A DNA stretch of 59,222 nt, counting the filler, from Fonticula-like sp. SCN 57-25 (lineage: Eukaryota): NCBI GenBank assembly GCA_001724245.1. It is 10 parts of 10 records of this genome, joined end to end, with 100 filler letters (N's around TTAATTAATTAA, not from the genome) between each part and the next. Parts side by side here need not be neighbours in the genome. Positions count along the whole stretch, not along the records: positions 1 to 5,509 come from MEDX01000717.1; positions 5,610 to 11,081 come from MEDX01000718.1; 8 more parts are not named here. One strand, given 5' to 3'. This document shows positions 1 to 11,181 of this stretch, in pieces. Under the pieces are notes generated by a model that ran no database searches, had not been told where the DNA came from, and worked only from the letters and a program-made list of their open reading frames with translations. Each line of letters opens with the position of its first letter. Within the stretch, counting starts at the first letter, position 1. Position numbers and translations under genes: made by a program.

Positions 1-216
1 TGCGTGGGATGGCGGACGAAGGTGCAAAGTGATCAAGATCTGTTGTTCACTTTGGATTTTTGGTCCAATCATATGTGTTTTGATGGTGAACGCACCTTGA
101 TCACTGCCTTGCGTCATGCGTTGTCATCGTAGATCACGTGATTGGTGCGATTCGGCGGCGCGGGTGGCGAAGCGTCTGCGGGGCAGCAGTGTGCGCAGGA
201 GGAGCGCGCGAGGAAA

Positions 217-2445
217 ATGGCGCAGCAGCTGGTCAAAAAAGCGACTGTGAACGTGCATAATAGATTGGTATGTTGGTGTTGCAGTGCGCTGCTGGCCTGA
301 TGCTGCTCGTGTTTGCAGGTGAAAGCGTGTTCATTTTCCCCAGACGGCACTTTGCGTGCGACGGTTAGTGAAGACGAGTCAATCCGCATCAGCCGCATAA
401 CCAATAATCCCAGGCAGACACAGGTGTACATTGTAAAGTGTGATGGTGAAGTACGTGCCTACGTGTATCTTTTTGCTCTGACCATCACGCATAGGTGTTT
501 GATGTCGCGTGGTCGCCCGATGGGAATCGTCTTGTCGCCGTGGCTCTTGATGGCAGTGTCATCCAAGTCACAAACAACTATTCGCACTCGGCCGTGTACA
601 AGATCGATGAGGGTGTATGCATCATGCTCGCTGCTTTTTATTTGCTCATCTTTCGCCTAGTTGAAAGCGTGCGCCTTCAGCTCTCGCGGGATCCTTGCCG
701 TCGGCGGTGATGATCGCGCAGTGACACTCTTGGATCCATCCAACAACTATTCAGTTATTACCAGACTTACTGGATTTGTTGATTCAGTGCGTTAATGGAT
801 GATTATTTGCTGTTGCTCACAGTTTATTATGCAGGTTCAGCGACTTGCCTTTTCTCCTAATGGGGGTTTGCTTGCCGTGGGATGCTACGATGGTAGCATG
901 TATATTTTGGGACTGCTTAGTGGCAAGTGGTCGGTAGTATCGTATAATCAGTATCATTTTTTATATGTACGACCCTCGCCTTGATATTCCTATTAATGTT
1001 TTCTAATAATTATTCCTAGATCAGTACACTCAGCTTCAGTCCCTCTGGCCGCAAGCTATTGGCCACAAGTGATGACAATACTGCTTCTATTTGGAATGTT
1101 CCATCTGGAACCGCGTGGCCTTCTACTCCTCACGTGACATTCAAGGGGCACGCGGATCAAGTCAATGGCGGCGCCTTTCTCGGCGACGAGTCGCACGTGA
1201 TCACTGGGTCAACTGATGAATCACTCCGCATTTGGCGCACCTCTGATGGAGTGCAAACTGCAAACTACCAATGTGGAGAGGTATGTCACTCTTTTGTATA
1301 TTAATACTTTACTTATGCCAATATTCAGGTGTGGTCATTGTCATATCACCCTGCATCTGGCAATATCGCACTTGGTCTTGGAGATGGTCGAGTTGAAATG
1401 TGGCAAACTGATCCTCATATTGCACCGTCTGCTGCCCCTCAAGCTGCCCCTCGAGGCGCTCTTCAAGCTTCACCTCAATCTGTCCGTCAATCTGCCCCTC
1501 GAGCTGCCTCTCAAGCTGCGCCTCGACCTGCCCCTCAAGCTGCCCTTCGACCTGCCCCTCAAGTGACACTTCCCGCCCACGCGTGCGTCCGTGAGCGTCT
1601 GGCGGCGGCAAAGGCACAAGCCAATGACATTCAAGCATCGCTCAGCAAGGCAGAGAACGAATTACGTCAGCAAACGTCACGTGAGCAGGAACTGAAGCGT
1701 TCAATTGCCGACCTCGAAGCCAAACGTACGTACACATTATATATCGCAAGACGAGGATACTTACATACCGATAGTGGCGAGCGAAAAGAAGGCACTTGAG
1801 GAACTGCAAACTCCCGAGTATTTTGCACTTTCACGTGATTTGACTGAGTTAAAGGAGCACCACAACGCTTTGCTTGGCATTATTCATGTCTGCACGCAGA
1901 CACTTGACAGCTTGACTGATTGTTTATCTGTTTCGGGATTGGAGGATATTCGTGGGGACACCTTCAAAGAGTGGCTATGCGACATTGGCATGAGCAAACT
2001 GCAAACTGCTCTAAAGGAAATTGATGGAAGTACACTGACGTTGATCAACGTGGATGACGTCATTGGCTTTGACGTGACCTTCAATGATGCCGCTGCCCTC
2101 TTTCTTCGAGCCTATATTGCGCACTACAAGCTTAGTAATGACAGCGCATTTTCCCCGCCACGTGGCAGTGTCTTATCATGGGATGCTACGCAAACTGCAA
2201 ACTGGATCAAGACGCTTGGTGATCCATATTCATCCCTTGCTGATGCCGGCTGGCACGGTGCTGCTCTATGTTCACTTTCGCCGCCACGTGTGAATGAGAC
2301 GGGCAAGGGCGCACTTAAAAGACCCGAAGCAGTAAAGTTTATCAACCTCGTCAAGGCGATGCGAAATGAAACGGACTCGGACAAGGACGATTGGGTGGTA
2401 AAGTGGTGTGGGGTAAGCACAATTGATACTCAAGCCATTGCCTAG
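217..2445 (+). CDS. WD40 propeller + Ala/Pro/Gln linker + coiled coil + two SAM-like domains, copy 1
   Basis: ATG 217. Splicing GT-AG introns 268-318, 451-494, 615-660, 787-834, 967-1019, 1281-1328, 1726-1774 gives a continuous frame to TAG 2445. WD40 motifs (VAWSPDGNRL, GHADQVNG...TGSTDESLRIW); SAM-like motifs FKEWLCDIGM...IDGSTL and VLSWDATQTANWIKTLG. Confidence 0.8.
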
Positions 2446-2640
2446 ACGTGGATTATTTCAGTTGTGTTTTTGTATGTATTACTTTTACTTTCCTGTTGTT
2501 GCAAATGTACCAATATACAATAATACAATGTCCGTAATTATCCATGCAACTGCGTCGGTCAATTGGCTGGAGAACATTAATAGGCTGAAAGTCAATAATG
2601 TATTCGTAACCATATAATGGTTAACTTGCTGACGTTGCAT

Positions 2641-2712
2641 AGATCCGGCACAGATCCAGCACAGACCGAGCACTGACATTCCGGCACAAATCCGGCACAA
2701 ATCTGGCACAAA
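2641..2712. repeat. Short degenerate ~11-bp tandem repeat (ATCCGGCACAR) upstream of WD40-SAM copy 2
   Basis: agatccggcac agatccagcac ... attccggcaca aatccggcaca aatctggcaca. Confidence 0.6.
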
Positions 2713-2830
2713 TGGCCCAGTTTGCAGTGTCAGTAAAAATCACGTGATTTTGATCTCCTGTGGACTCTCCGCCCGGTTGTGACGGGTTGTCTGCAGGGCC
2801 GCAGTGTGCGAGGAAGAGCGCGCGAGGAAA

Positions 2831-5084
2831 ATGGCGCAGCAGCAGTTAAAAAAGACGACGACTGCGAAAGTGCACAATAAAGGGGTATGTCGGTGTTGTA
2901 GTATTTTGCTGGCCTGATGCTGTTGGTGTTTGCAGGTGTTCGCTTGTGCGATTTCTCCCGACGGCACTTTGCGTGCGACAGGCGGTGACGACAAGTCAAT
3001 CCGCATCAGCCGCATAACCAACAATCCCAGGCAGGCAAAGGTGTACAATGTAAAGTGTGATGGGGAAGTACGTGCCTATGTTTGTTTGTTTTTTGCTCTG
3101 ACCATTACCTTTAGGTGAATGATGTCGCGTGGTCGCCTGACGGGAATCGTCTTGTCGCCGTGACGGGTGATGGCAGTCTCATCGACGTCACAAACAACAA
3201 TTCGCACTCGATCGTAGCCAATAACGGTGTGGGTGTATGCATCATGCTCGCTGCTTTTTTTTTGCTCATATTTTGTCTAGTGGTGGGGATGCGCCATCGG
3301 TTCGCGCGGGAACCTTGCCGTCGGTGGTGATAAAGAAGTGACATTCGCAGAACCATTAAACAACTTTAAAGCTTGTGAGAGATTGACATCATTTTCTTAC
3401 GATGATGTGCGTTAATATATGAGTATTTTCTTTTGCTCATAGTGTATTATGCAGGTAAGGAAACTTGCCTTTTCTCCAGACGAGAGTTGGTTTGCTGTGG
3501 GATGTCAGAGAGGAAGCATGCACATTTTTGGACTGATCTTTTATGGGTATTCGCCAGTATTATCTATCCGCTATCATTCTAAGATGGTATTATACTTGTC
3601 TTTATACTCTTAATACTAATTTTTCTAGATCACCTCACTCTGCTTCAGTCCCTCTGGCCGCATGCTATTGGTCACAAGTAGTGACAATACTGCTTCCATC
3701 TGGAATGTTCCATCTGGAGCCAAGAAGCCATCTTCTTCCATCTGGATTCCTCCATATGCCACATGGTCATCTACTCCTCACGTGACACTTGAGGGACACA
3801 CGCATTATGTCACTGGCGGCGCCTTTCTCGGCGATGAATCGCTCGTCATCACTGGGTCAATGGATGAATCACTCCGCATTTGGCGCACCTCTGATGGAGT
3901 GCAAACTGCAAAATACACATGTGGAGTGGTGCGTCACTCTTTTGTATATTTATACTTTACTAATGTCATTATCCAGGTGTGGTCATTGTCATATCACCCT
4001 GCATCTGGCAATATCGCACTTGGTCTTGCTGATGGTCGGGTTGAAATGTGGCAAACTGTTGCACCATCTGCTGCCCCTCAAGCTGCCCCTCGAGGCGCTC
4101 TTCAAGCTTCACCTCAATCTGTCCGTCAATCTGCCCCTCGACCTGCCTCTCAAGCTGCCCCTCGACCTGCCCCTCAAGCCGCCCCTCAACCTGCCCCTCA
4201 AGTGACACTTCCCGCCCACGCGTGCGTCCGCGAGCGACTGGCGGCGGCGCAGGCACAAGCCAATGAAATCCAAGCATCGCTCAGCAAGGTAGAAAATGGA
4301 TTACGTCAGCAAATGACACGTGAGCAGGAATTAAAGCGTTCAATTGCCGACCTCGAAGCCAAGCGTGCGTACACAATATTGTTCATTAATATGGACACTA
4401 ACTGTGTGTTTAGTGGCAAGCGAGAAGCAAGCTCTCAAGAAGCTGCAAACTTCTGACTATATTGCACAGTCACGTGATTTGACTGAGCTAAAGGAGCGCC
4501 ACAATGCCCTGCTTGGTGTCATTCATGTCTGTACGCAAACAATTGACAGCTTGACAGACTGCCTTTCTGTTTCGGGATTGGAGGATCTGCGCGGCGACAC
4601 CTTCAAAGAGTGGCTATGCGACATTGGCATGAGCAAAATGCAAACTGCTTTGAAAGATGTTGACGGCAACACGCTGAAAATGCTCAATGTGGACAATGTG
4701 ACAGAGTATGACGTCACCTTTAATGATGCCGCTGCCCTTCAACTGCGTGGCTACATTGCGCACTGTAAGCTGAGCGACGACAGAAATTTTGCCCCGCCAC
4801 GTGGCAGTGTCTTATCATGGACACCCACGCAAACTGCAAACTGGATCAAGACGCTTGGTGATCCTTATGTGTGCTTGGCCTCTGCCGGCTGGCACGGTGC
4901 TGCACTATGCTCACTTTCGCCGCCACGTATTGTAACAGCAAGCAAGGGAGCACTTAGAGCACCCGATGCAGTAAAGTTTATAGAACTTTTGCGCGCGAAG
5001 CGGAGAGAAACCGACTTTGACAAGGACGATTGGGTGTCAAAGTGGAGTGGGGTAAGCACAATTGAGACTCAAGCCATTGTCTAG
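2831..5084 (+). CDS. WD40-coiled coil-SAM-SAM protein, tandem paralog copy 2
   Basis: ATG 2831. Introns at equivalent positions (about 2885-2935, 3068-3114, 3235-3280, 3407-3454, 3587-3628, 3929-3976, 4365-4413); TAG 5084. Collinear with copy 1 throughout. Confidence 0.8.
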
Positions 5085-5509
5085 ACTAGATGTATTTTCA
5101 TTTTCCATCGATGTTAATTTTTGTTTCTTTGTATAGCTTTTCCTAGTAGACAATAATCAGTACCCAAATAACAGTCCAAATATTTCACTGTATATCACTG
5201 TGCGTGACGTGCCGCCTATTGCTGCCAATGTTGCTACTGCAATACGTGGCCGCCAGCATGACAGCATTGCTCATAAAAAATGTTAACAAGTAGTCTTCTT
5301 CATTCAATTTCAGAACATACAAAAGGTTAAAAACAAAATCTCCTAGTCGATATTTTCATCCTCGCTATAGACATACGCAATGTCTATGTCACTCAAAAAA
5401 GGGATGCTTGGAAGGTACTGAACAAAAGCTACATCTGTTCTACCAACTCTTCATCGTCAAACCCGAGTGCTGTTTGAGCGTGCTCCTCAATCTCAATCGG
5501 CTGTGGTTG

Positions 5510-5609
5510 NNNNNNNNNNNNNNNNNNNNNNNNNNNNNNNNNNNNNNNNNNNNTTAATTAATTAANNNNNNNNNNNNNNNNNNNNNNNNNNNNNNNNNNN
5601 NNNNNNNNN
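5510..5609. other. Artificial contig spacer N44-TTAATTAATTAA-N44 (also 11082-11181, 16641-16740, 22196-22295, 27728-27827, 37318-37417, 42826-42925, 48333-48432, 53786-53885)
   Basis: Identical 100-nt linker with stops in all six frames; genes are truncated at its edges. Confidence 0.98.
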
Positions 5610-7499
5610 ATGCCAAAGTCAATCAGCTTCAGCTGGCCTTGTACCATCAAAAAGTTGGCGGGCTTGAGGTCTGCGTGGACAATGCGCTCATTGTGAATGG
5701 CTTGTACGGCTTCGAGCATCTCCTGCCACCGAAGGCGGATAAAGTTCTCACCGAGGCGACGCTCCTTGCCCTGCAGCAGCTTGGCCAGGTCGACTTCGCC
5801 GAGCTGCATCAACTGGGCAACATTGCGTCAGCAAAACAAGAAAATTAAACAGCAAAAAACAGCGCACCAAGTAAATTGCCTGGCGCTCAGTGTCCACGCA
5901 AGCGCCGTAAAGCTTGATGATGCTGTCGCAATGCTGAAGCGACTCGAGCAGGTTAATCTCGTTCACGTAGCTTGACATTTCATCTGCCTCTGTGTTTTCC
6001 AGGCGCACTCGCTTGAGCGCGTACAGCTTCCCATCCTCGCCCATCACCTTGAACACCTTGCTGCTTCCTCCCTTTCCAATGACGCCCAGCTTCCTAAACG
6101 CCCGGCCGTTGATGGCAACCAGTTCCTCCGTCTCGCTCGCCGTCCCGCGAGATTGAATGACGGGCTTGGGCTCGGGCACCGGTGCAGGCTTGGGAGCGAC
6201 AGCGGCGGTCGACGGAGCGCGCGTCACAGTCACAAGACGGCGCGGGGGGGCGGCTGACGTAGCTGGCGGGGCCGCAGCAGAAGCACTCGACGCCGCAGCG
6301 ACCACCGGCTGCTGTTCGCGAACAACCGGCTGCGGCTCGCGGGCCACCGGCTGATATTCATTTGCCTCCGCCCACTGCGCGCGCGGCTGCTGCGGTGCCT
6401 GCATTGGCACTGGCTGCTGAATTGACAACACTGGCGAGGGCGACTCTGCGAGGGCAGAACGGAAAGGCGTGTGCGACGCCTGGGCGGCCTGCGGCGCGGG
6501 GTCGGCCATGCGGCGAGCTGCGGATGGCGTCTCCATGGCAGACGATTGACGAGTAGACGCCATATGTGCCCCCGCGCTCTGGGCGGCCAGCGCACGGCGC
6601 TCTGCGGAAGATTCTCCGTTGTACGGATCGGAGCGCGCACTCGGCGTGGGCCCGCCGAGCTGTCTGAGAGGATGCGTCGCCTGCAGCTTGCGGACGGACA
6701 GCGGCGAGCGCGGCCCGGTCGACGGCGCCCCAGTGCTGCTGGACGTTGAGCAGGACGACGACGCAGACGAGACCGATGACACTGTTGATGACGTAACGCT
6801 AGTCCGAGGTGCGTACGCAGATGTCGGGTGGCCCGCAGCTTGGTGCGAGTGTCCGTAGGGGCTGATGCCAGACGCGGCAGCATTCATGATGGTGCCGTCG
6901 ATGACCGTGGGCGAACTGCCGGCGGAGAGCGGAGACACTTCAGTGGAAGACGGCGGGGGGAGGGTGTCTGTGCCCCACTTGCTCAGCACGACGACCTCGC
7001 CCTTATCCTTGAGAGCGGCGGCGCCCTTGGTAACAATGTTGCGCGCCTCCGACACATTACCGAGAGCAAATTCAAACTCGGCGTACTTGATATAAAACTG
7101 CGCAAATTCGCGGCTAACGCGGAACTGCTTCAGCGTGTTAAAGAGATCACGCTTGTCGTGCACGGAATCAGTCAGCCGGATGTGCTCCAGCCAAATGTTG
7201 AGCAGCGATCGCTGGCGGCTGCTCGTGTCCATCTGCTGCGTCGCAAGCAAAAGACCAATGCGCCGCTGATCCTCTTTCAAAGGATACAAAAAGTCGGCCC
7301 AGTCGTTCGGGTTATTGTTGGCTCCCTTTATCGCCGCCAGCTTGTCAGCGTGCGCCACCTCAAACGCCGTCAGGCTCATCGGCACGGCCGATGCGGTCGG
7401 CACCGCCGACGACGCCGGGATGAGCTTTCCCAACTTGCCCCGCCAGTCCGAGGCCTTCCCGCGCACTGCCTGAGGAGGCTGATTCTCCGTCTCTGCCAT
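5610..7499 (-). CDS. MPS1: Mps1/TTK spindle checkpoint kinase with N-terminal TPR-like region (3' truncated)
   Basis: ATG 7499 (MAETENQ). IGKGGSSKVFKV, YALKRV, YVNEINLL; intron 5813-5867; WQEMLEAVQAIHNERIVHADLKPANFLMVQGQLKLIDFG is the Mps1 signature. Confidence 0.9.
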
Positions 7500-8159
7500 G
7501 ATCCTCCAACCGGCTGGCGCGCGCGTCGTGCCTGAAGGGTAGGAGGGAAAACGACCCGATTGTGTTTGAAACCGAACTCTCAAAAAACTGATTTCGTAAC
7601 GTTCACTGATGCCCATGAGCGGAAGCGATTAGTTGATGCTCATCAGTGTCCGAAATCAACCCCAAACTCGCACCATGCGTTCTTGTTTACATCATCGTTT
7701 TCTTTTTTCATCAAATATCTCCCCCAATGGAATGTCGTCTCTCCCAAAATCGTCTCAAAAGTGTCCTCTCTTTTTTCCTTCCTTCTTCGTTAGAACACTA
7801 CTTTTGTTGTTTCCCCTCTCGGTAGCAGGCAGCGTGTGTGACTACTGCGACACTCGCTTTTTGGGAGGGTGGACAGTAAAGAGACGCTCTCGACGGAAAA
7901 GAGGTCTTGCTTCGGTTTTATTGTACGTTTTTGTAGGGGCATTTTTTGCGGGCGGGTAGAGATCCCCCCTTTGTTATGTTTACCCTGAATCGACTTCTGA
8001 CCACGATTTGCAACGCGCTTTTTTTTCCTTCTTCTCGCATAGGTTGTAGTTCAATTTGAGCACAGTTCTCTCTGGTGGAGTAATTGTCTCTTTTGAATAT
8101 TTGAATAAGGAGCGTTTGAGGTGTTCAGAGTCGATTGATTCAGATTTTCTTTGCGCACA

Positions 8160-8884
8160 ATGCAGACGATCAAGTGCGTCGTTGTTGGCGATGGTGCCGT
8201 CGGTAAGGTATGTTATCTGCTCCAGTATTACTTTATGGTCGCGTAAATATTGCGTTACTTACTTGCGCGTGCTTTAACTAGACGTGCCTCCTGATTTGCT
8301 ACACAACAAACAAGTTCCCCACCGAGTACGTGCCGACCGTGTTCGACAACTACGCGGTCACCGTCATGATCGGCGAGGACCCCTACACACTCGGTCTCTT
8401 TGATACTGCCGGTGCGTTCTCTATTTTCTCTGCCTCTCGGGGTCTTTTTTTTCTTTTTTTTCTGACTCTTTCTGCCATTGCAGGTCAGGAGGATTACGAT
8501 CGTCTCCGCCCTCTGTCGTACCCGCAGACTGATGTTTTCCTTGTTTGCTTCTCGGTGGTGAACCCCGCCTCGTTTGAGAACGTGAAGGAGAAGTGGTTCC
8601 CGGAGGTCCGCCACCACTGCCCCGGCGTCCCGTGCCTCATCGTCGGCACCCAAAACGATCTTCGCGATGACCCCGCCACGCTCGAGAAGCTTGCCAAGAG
8701 CAAGGCCAAGCCGATCACGGTACAGCAGGGTGAGAAGCTCGCCGTTGAGCTCGACGCCGTCAAGTACGTCGAGTGCTCGGCGTACCGCAACCAGAAGGGC
8801 CTCAAGAACGTGTTTGATGAGGCCATCATGGCCGCCCTCGAGCCCCCGAAGGACACCCGCAAGAAGAAGTGCATGCTTTTGTAA
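8160..8884 (+). CDS. CDC42: Cdc42 Rho-family GTPase
   Basis: [16 protein letters not shown]; introns 8208-8281 and about 8412-8483; [41 protein letters not shown] motif, C-terminal KKKCMLL CAAX. Confidence 0.96.
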
Positions 8885-9235
8885 TTTGTTCGCCGATAAC
8901 AGTCAATGTAAGGTGAGCGTTTTGTGATTTCTTGTGCTTCTTGCCTTCTCCTTTTTTTGTTTTTCTTTTTCTTTTCCTTGCTCTTGACTGTGGACGTTGT
9001 GGAAGCAGCCAGTCTGGCGAGTGGTGTTTTGAGTTTTGTGGGCCGGGCTGCACCAGGTGCCGCTTTTTCAACCACCGTGCTCTATTCAATGCTTTGCTCG
9101 TGCTTTTATCCCCTGCGTGTCCCTCGTGCCCGATCTTTCCCTCGCATGCCGTTGTACATGTAGATAATCCAATATTCGCTCATTTCATCAAAAAGGGAGG
9201 CACACACGATACAAAGGGGCAGAGTCGCTGCGCTA

Positions 9236-10348
9236 CTAGAGGCGCGGCAAGGCGCACGCCTGGTCGTACTCGCGCGTGAGGCGCGCCACGAGCTCGCTGA
9301 CGCTGGGGACGTCCTTGATGTTGATTGCGCCGTGCCCACCGCTCCACACGTCGCGCCAAGCGCGGTGGCCCTCGTCGGTATCTAAGAGCCGCGTGAGCAC
9401 GCCGCGCCGCAAAACGATAAATTCACGCACTCTTGCTGCCGGTAAAGTCGTGCTCGTCGCCGGTGAGCTTGGAGGCGGCGTCGGCGAGGTCGTCGGGGTT
9501 GAGCCCAACGCGCTCGATGCTGTTGCGCAAAAAGTTGGCGTGGATGCCCGAAAGCTGGTCCGTGTAGACAATGGGGAGGAACGACGGGCCGGGCCCGACC
9601 TCCGCCTCGACGAGCAGCTTGCGGTACATGTCGCTCGCTAGGCTCTCCTTGGTCGCGATGAAGCGCGTGCCCATATACGCAAGGTCCGCACCGAGCGCTG
9701 TTTTCAAAAAAAGTATAAAATAGGTGAGAAAGCGGCAAGAAAATGAAACAATCGCGTGACTATCATACACAGAGCGGCGCGGATGCCGCGCCCGTCGCTG
9801 ATGCCGCCGGCGAGCACGACCGTGCCGTCAAAGAACTCGCGGACCTTGGGGAGGAGGGCAAAGGGCGACGCGAGGCCGCCGTGCCCGCCGGCGCCCGCGC
9901 ACACGAGAATGAGGCCGTCGACACCGGCAGCCACAGCCTTGCGCGCGTGCACAATGTTGGTCACGTCGTGCCACACGACTCCGCCGTACGAGTGCACCTG
10001 GTTGACGACTTCCTTGGCCGCACCGAGAGAGGTGATCACGATGGGGACCTTGTGCTTGACGCACACCTCCAGGTTCGTCTGGAGACGCTCATTCGTCTTG
10101 TGGACAGTCACGTTCACGGCGTACGGGGCGACGGTCTTGCCCATGCGCTCCGCCTCGCGAAGGCGGCCATTAATGTCGCTAAGCCACGTATCAAAGATGG
10201 CGTCCGTGCGAGCATTGGCAATCGGAACGGAGCCGATCACGCCATTCACGCAGCAATTCACAACGAGGTCCACGCCAGAGACAAGAAAAAGAGGCGAGGC
10301 GACGAGAGGGAGCGCGAGGCGCTGACGGATCGCAGCCGGGAGACCCAT
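9236..10348 (-). CDS. Nitronate monooxygenase / FMN-dependent 2-nitropropane dioxygenase family
   Basis: LPLVASPLFLVS, GVDGLILVCAGAGGHGG, LAGGISDGRG, LGADLAYMGTRFIATKES, AWRDVWSGGHG; introns 9698-9768 and about 9382-9429. Confidence 0.88.
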
Positions 10349-10570
10349 GGGAGCTGACTAAAGTGTTTGGGTCTGTTGTCACGCTATATCACGTGACTTC
10401 AAATAGTGCATGCCCGAATGAACAATATGGGCACCAAAAAAAGGCAATGCCACGCTGCGGCCGTGCAAAGCACATACGAAATAAAAGTCCACGTGTTGAC
10501 GCGTATTTAGCGTGAGGAAAGAGGGTACATTTATGCATGGGTATGGTTTAAAAACACTGTACTACATGAA

Positions 10571-11081
10571 TCACAAAGACTTTTTGGCGAGGGCGGCCTT
10601 TACGAGAGGTGCCACGAGACTGTTCGGGGCTGCGTTGCCGTGGACCCTGTTCATTTCGCGGATGACGGCACCAATGTCCTTTTGGGACTTTGCGCCCACC
10701 TGCTCGATGATACGGTCGACTTCGGAGGCCAGCACGTCGGGGGCAAGCTCGGCAGGGAGATACTCCTTGACTACGTCGCGCTGCGCCAACTCGAGGGCTT
10801 CCTTGTCCTGTCAAGCAAGTCAGTTAAACCCACCAAATCAGCGAGGCCGCATTTGGTGCGCACCTTGTAGGAGGGCCCGGCCTTGTTGTACATTTCGGCC
10901 GACTCGTTGTGCTGCTCAATAATGGAGCGCAGCAGAGAGATGATCCGCGTGTCGTCAACGGGCTTGCCAACGTCTTTGTCGGCATATGTTATGGCCGTCG
11001 AGATGGAGCGGAGAACGGAGAGGCGGTGGCGGAGCTCCTTGTCCTTGAACGCGGCCTTGAGATCCTCACGAACGCGCTCGC
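10571..11081 (-). CDS. YqeY/GatB (Aim41-like) domain protein (5' truncated)
   Basis: Helical YqeY pattern ...SAEMYNKAGPSYK|DKEALELAQRDVVKEYLP...GAKSQKDIGAVIR; intron about 10808-10863. Confidence 0.75.
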
Positions 11082-11181
11082 NNNNNNNNNNNNNNNNNNN
11101 NNNNNNNNNNNNNNNNNNNNNNNNNTTAATTAATTAANNNNNNNNNNNNNNNNNNNNNNNNNNNNNNNNNNNNNNNNNNNN

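Noticed and set aside
5510..5609. Recurrent TTAATTAATTAA motif flanked by Ns
   Set aside because: Artificial six-frame-stop linker; adjacency across it has no biological meaning, so no cross-contig gene cluster is claimed.
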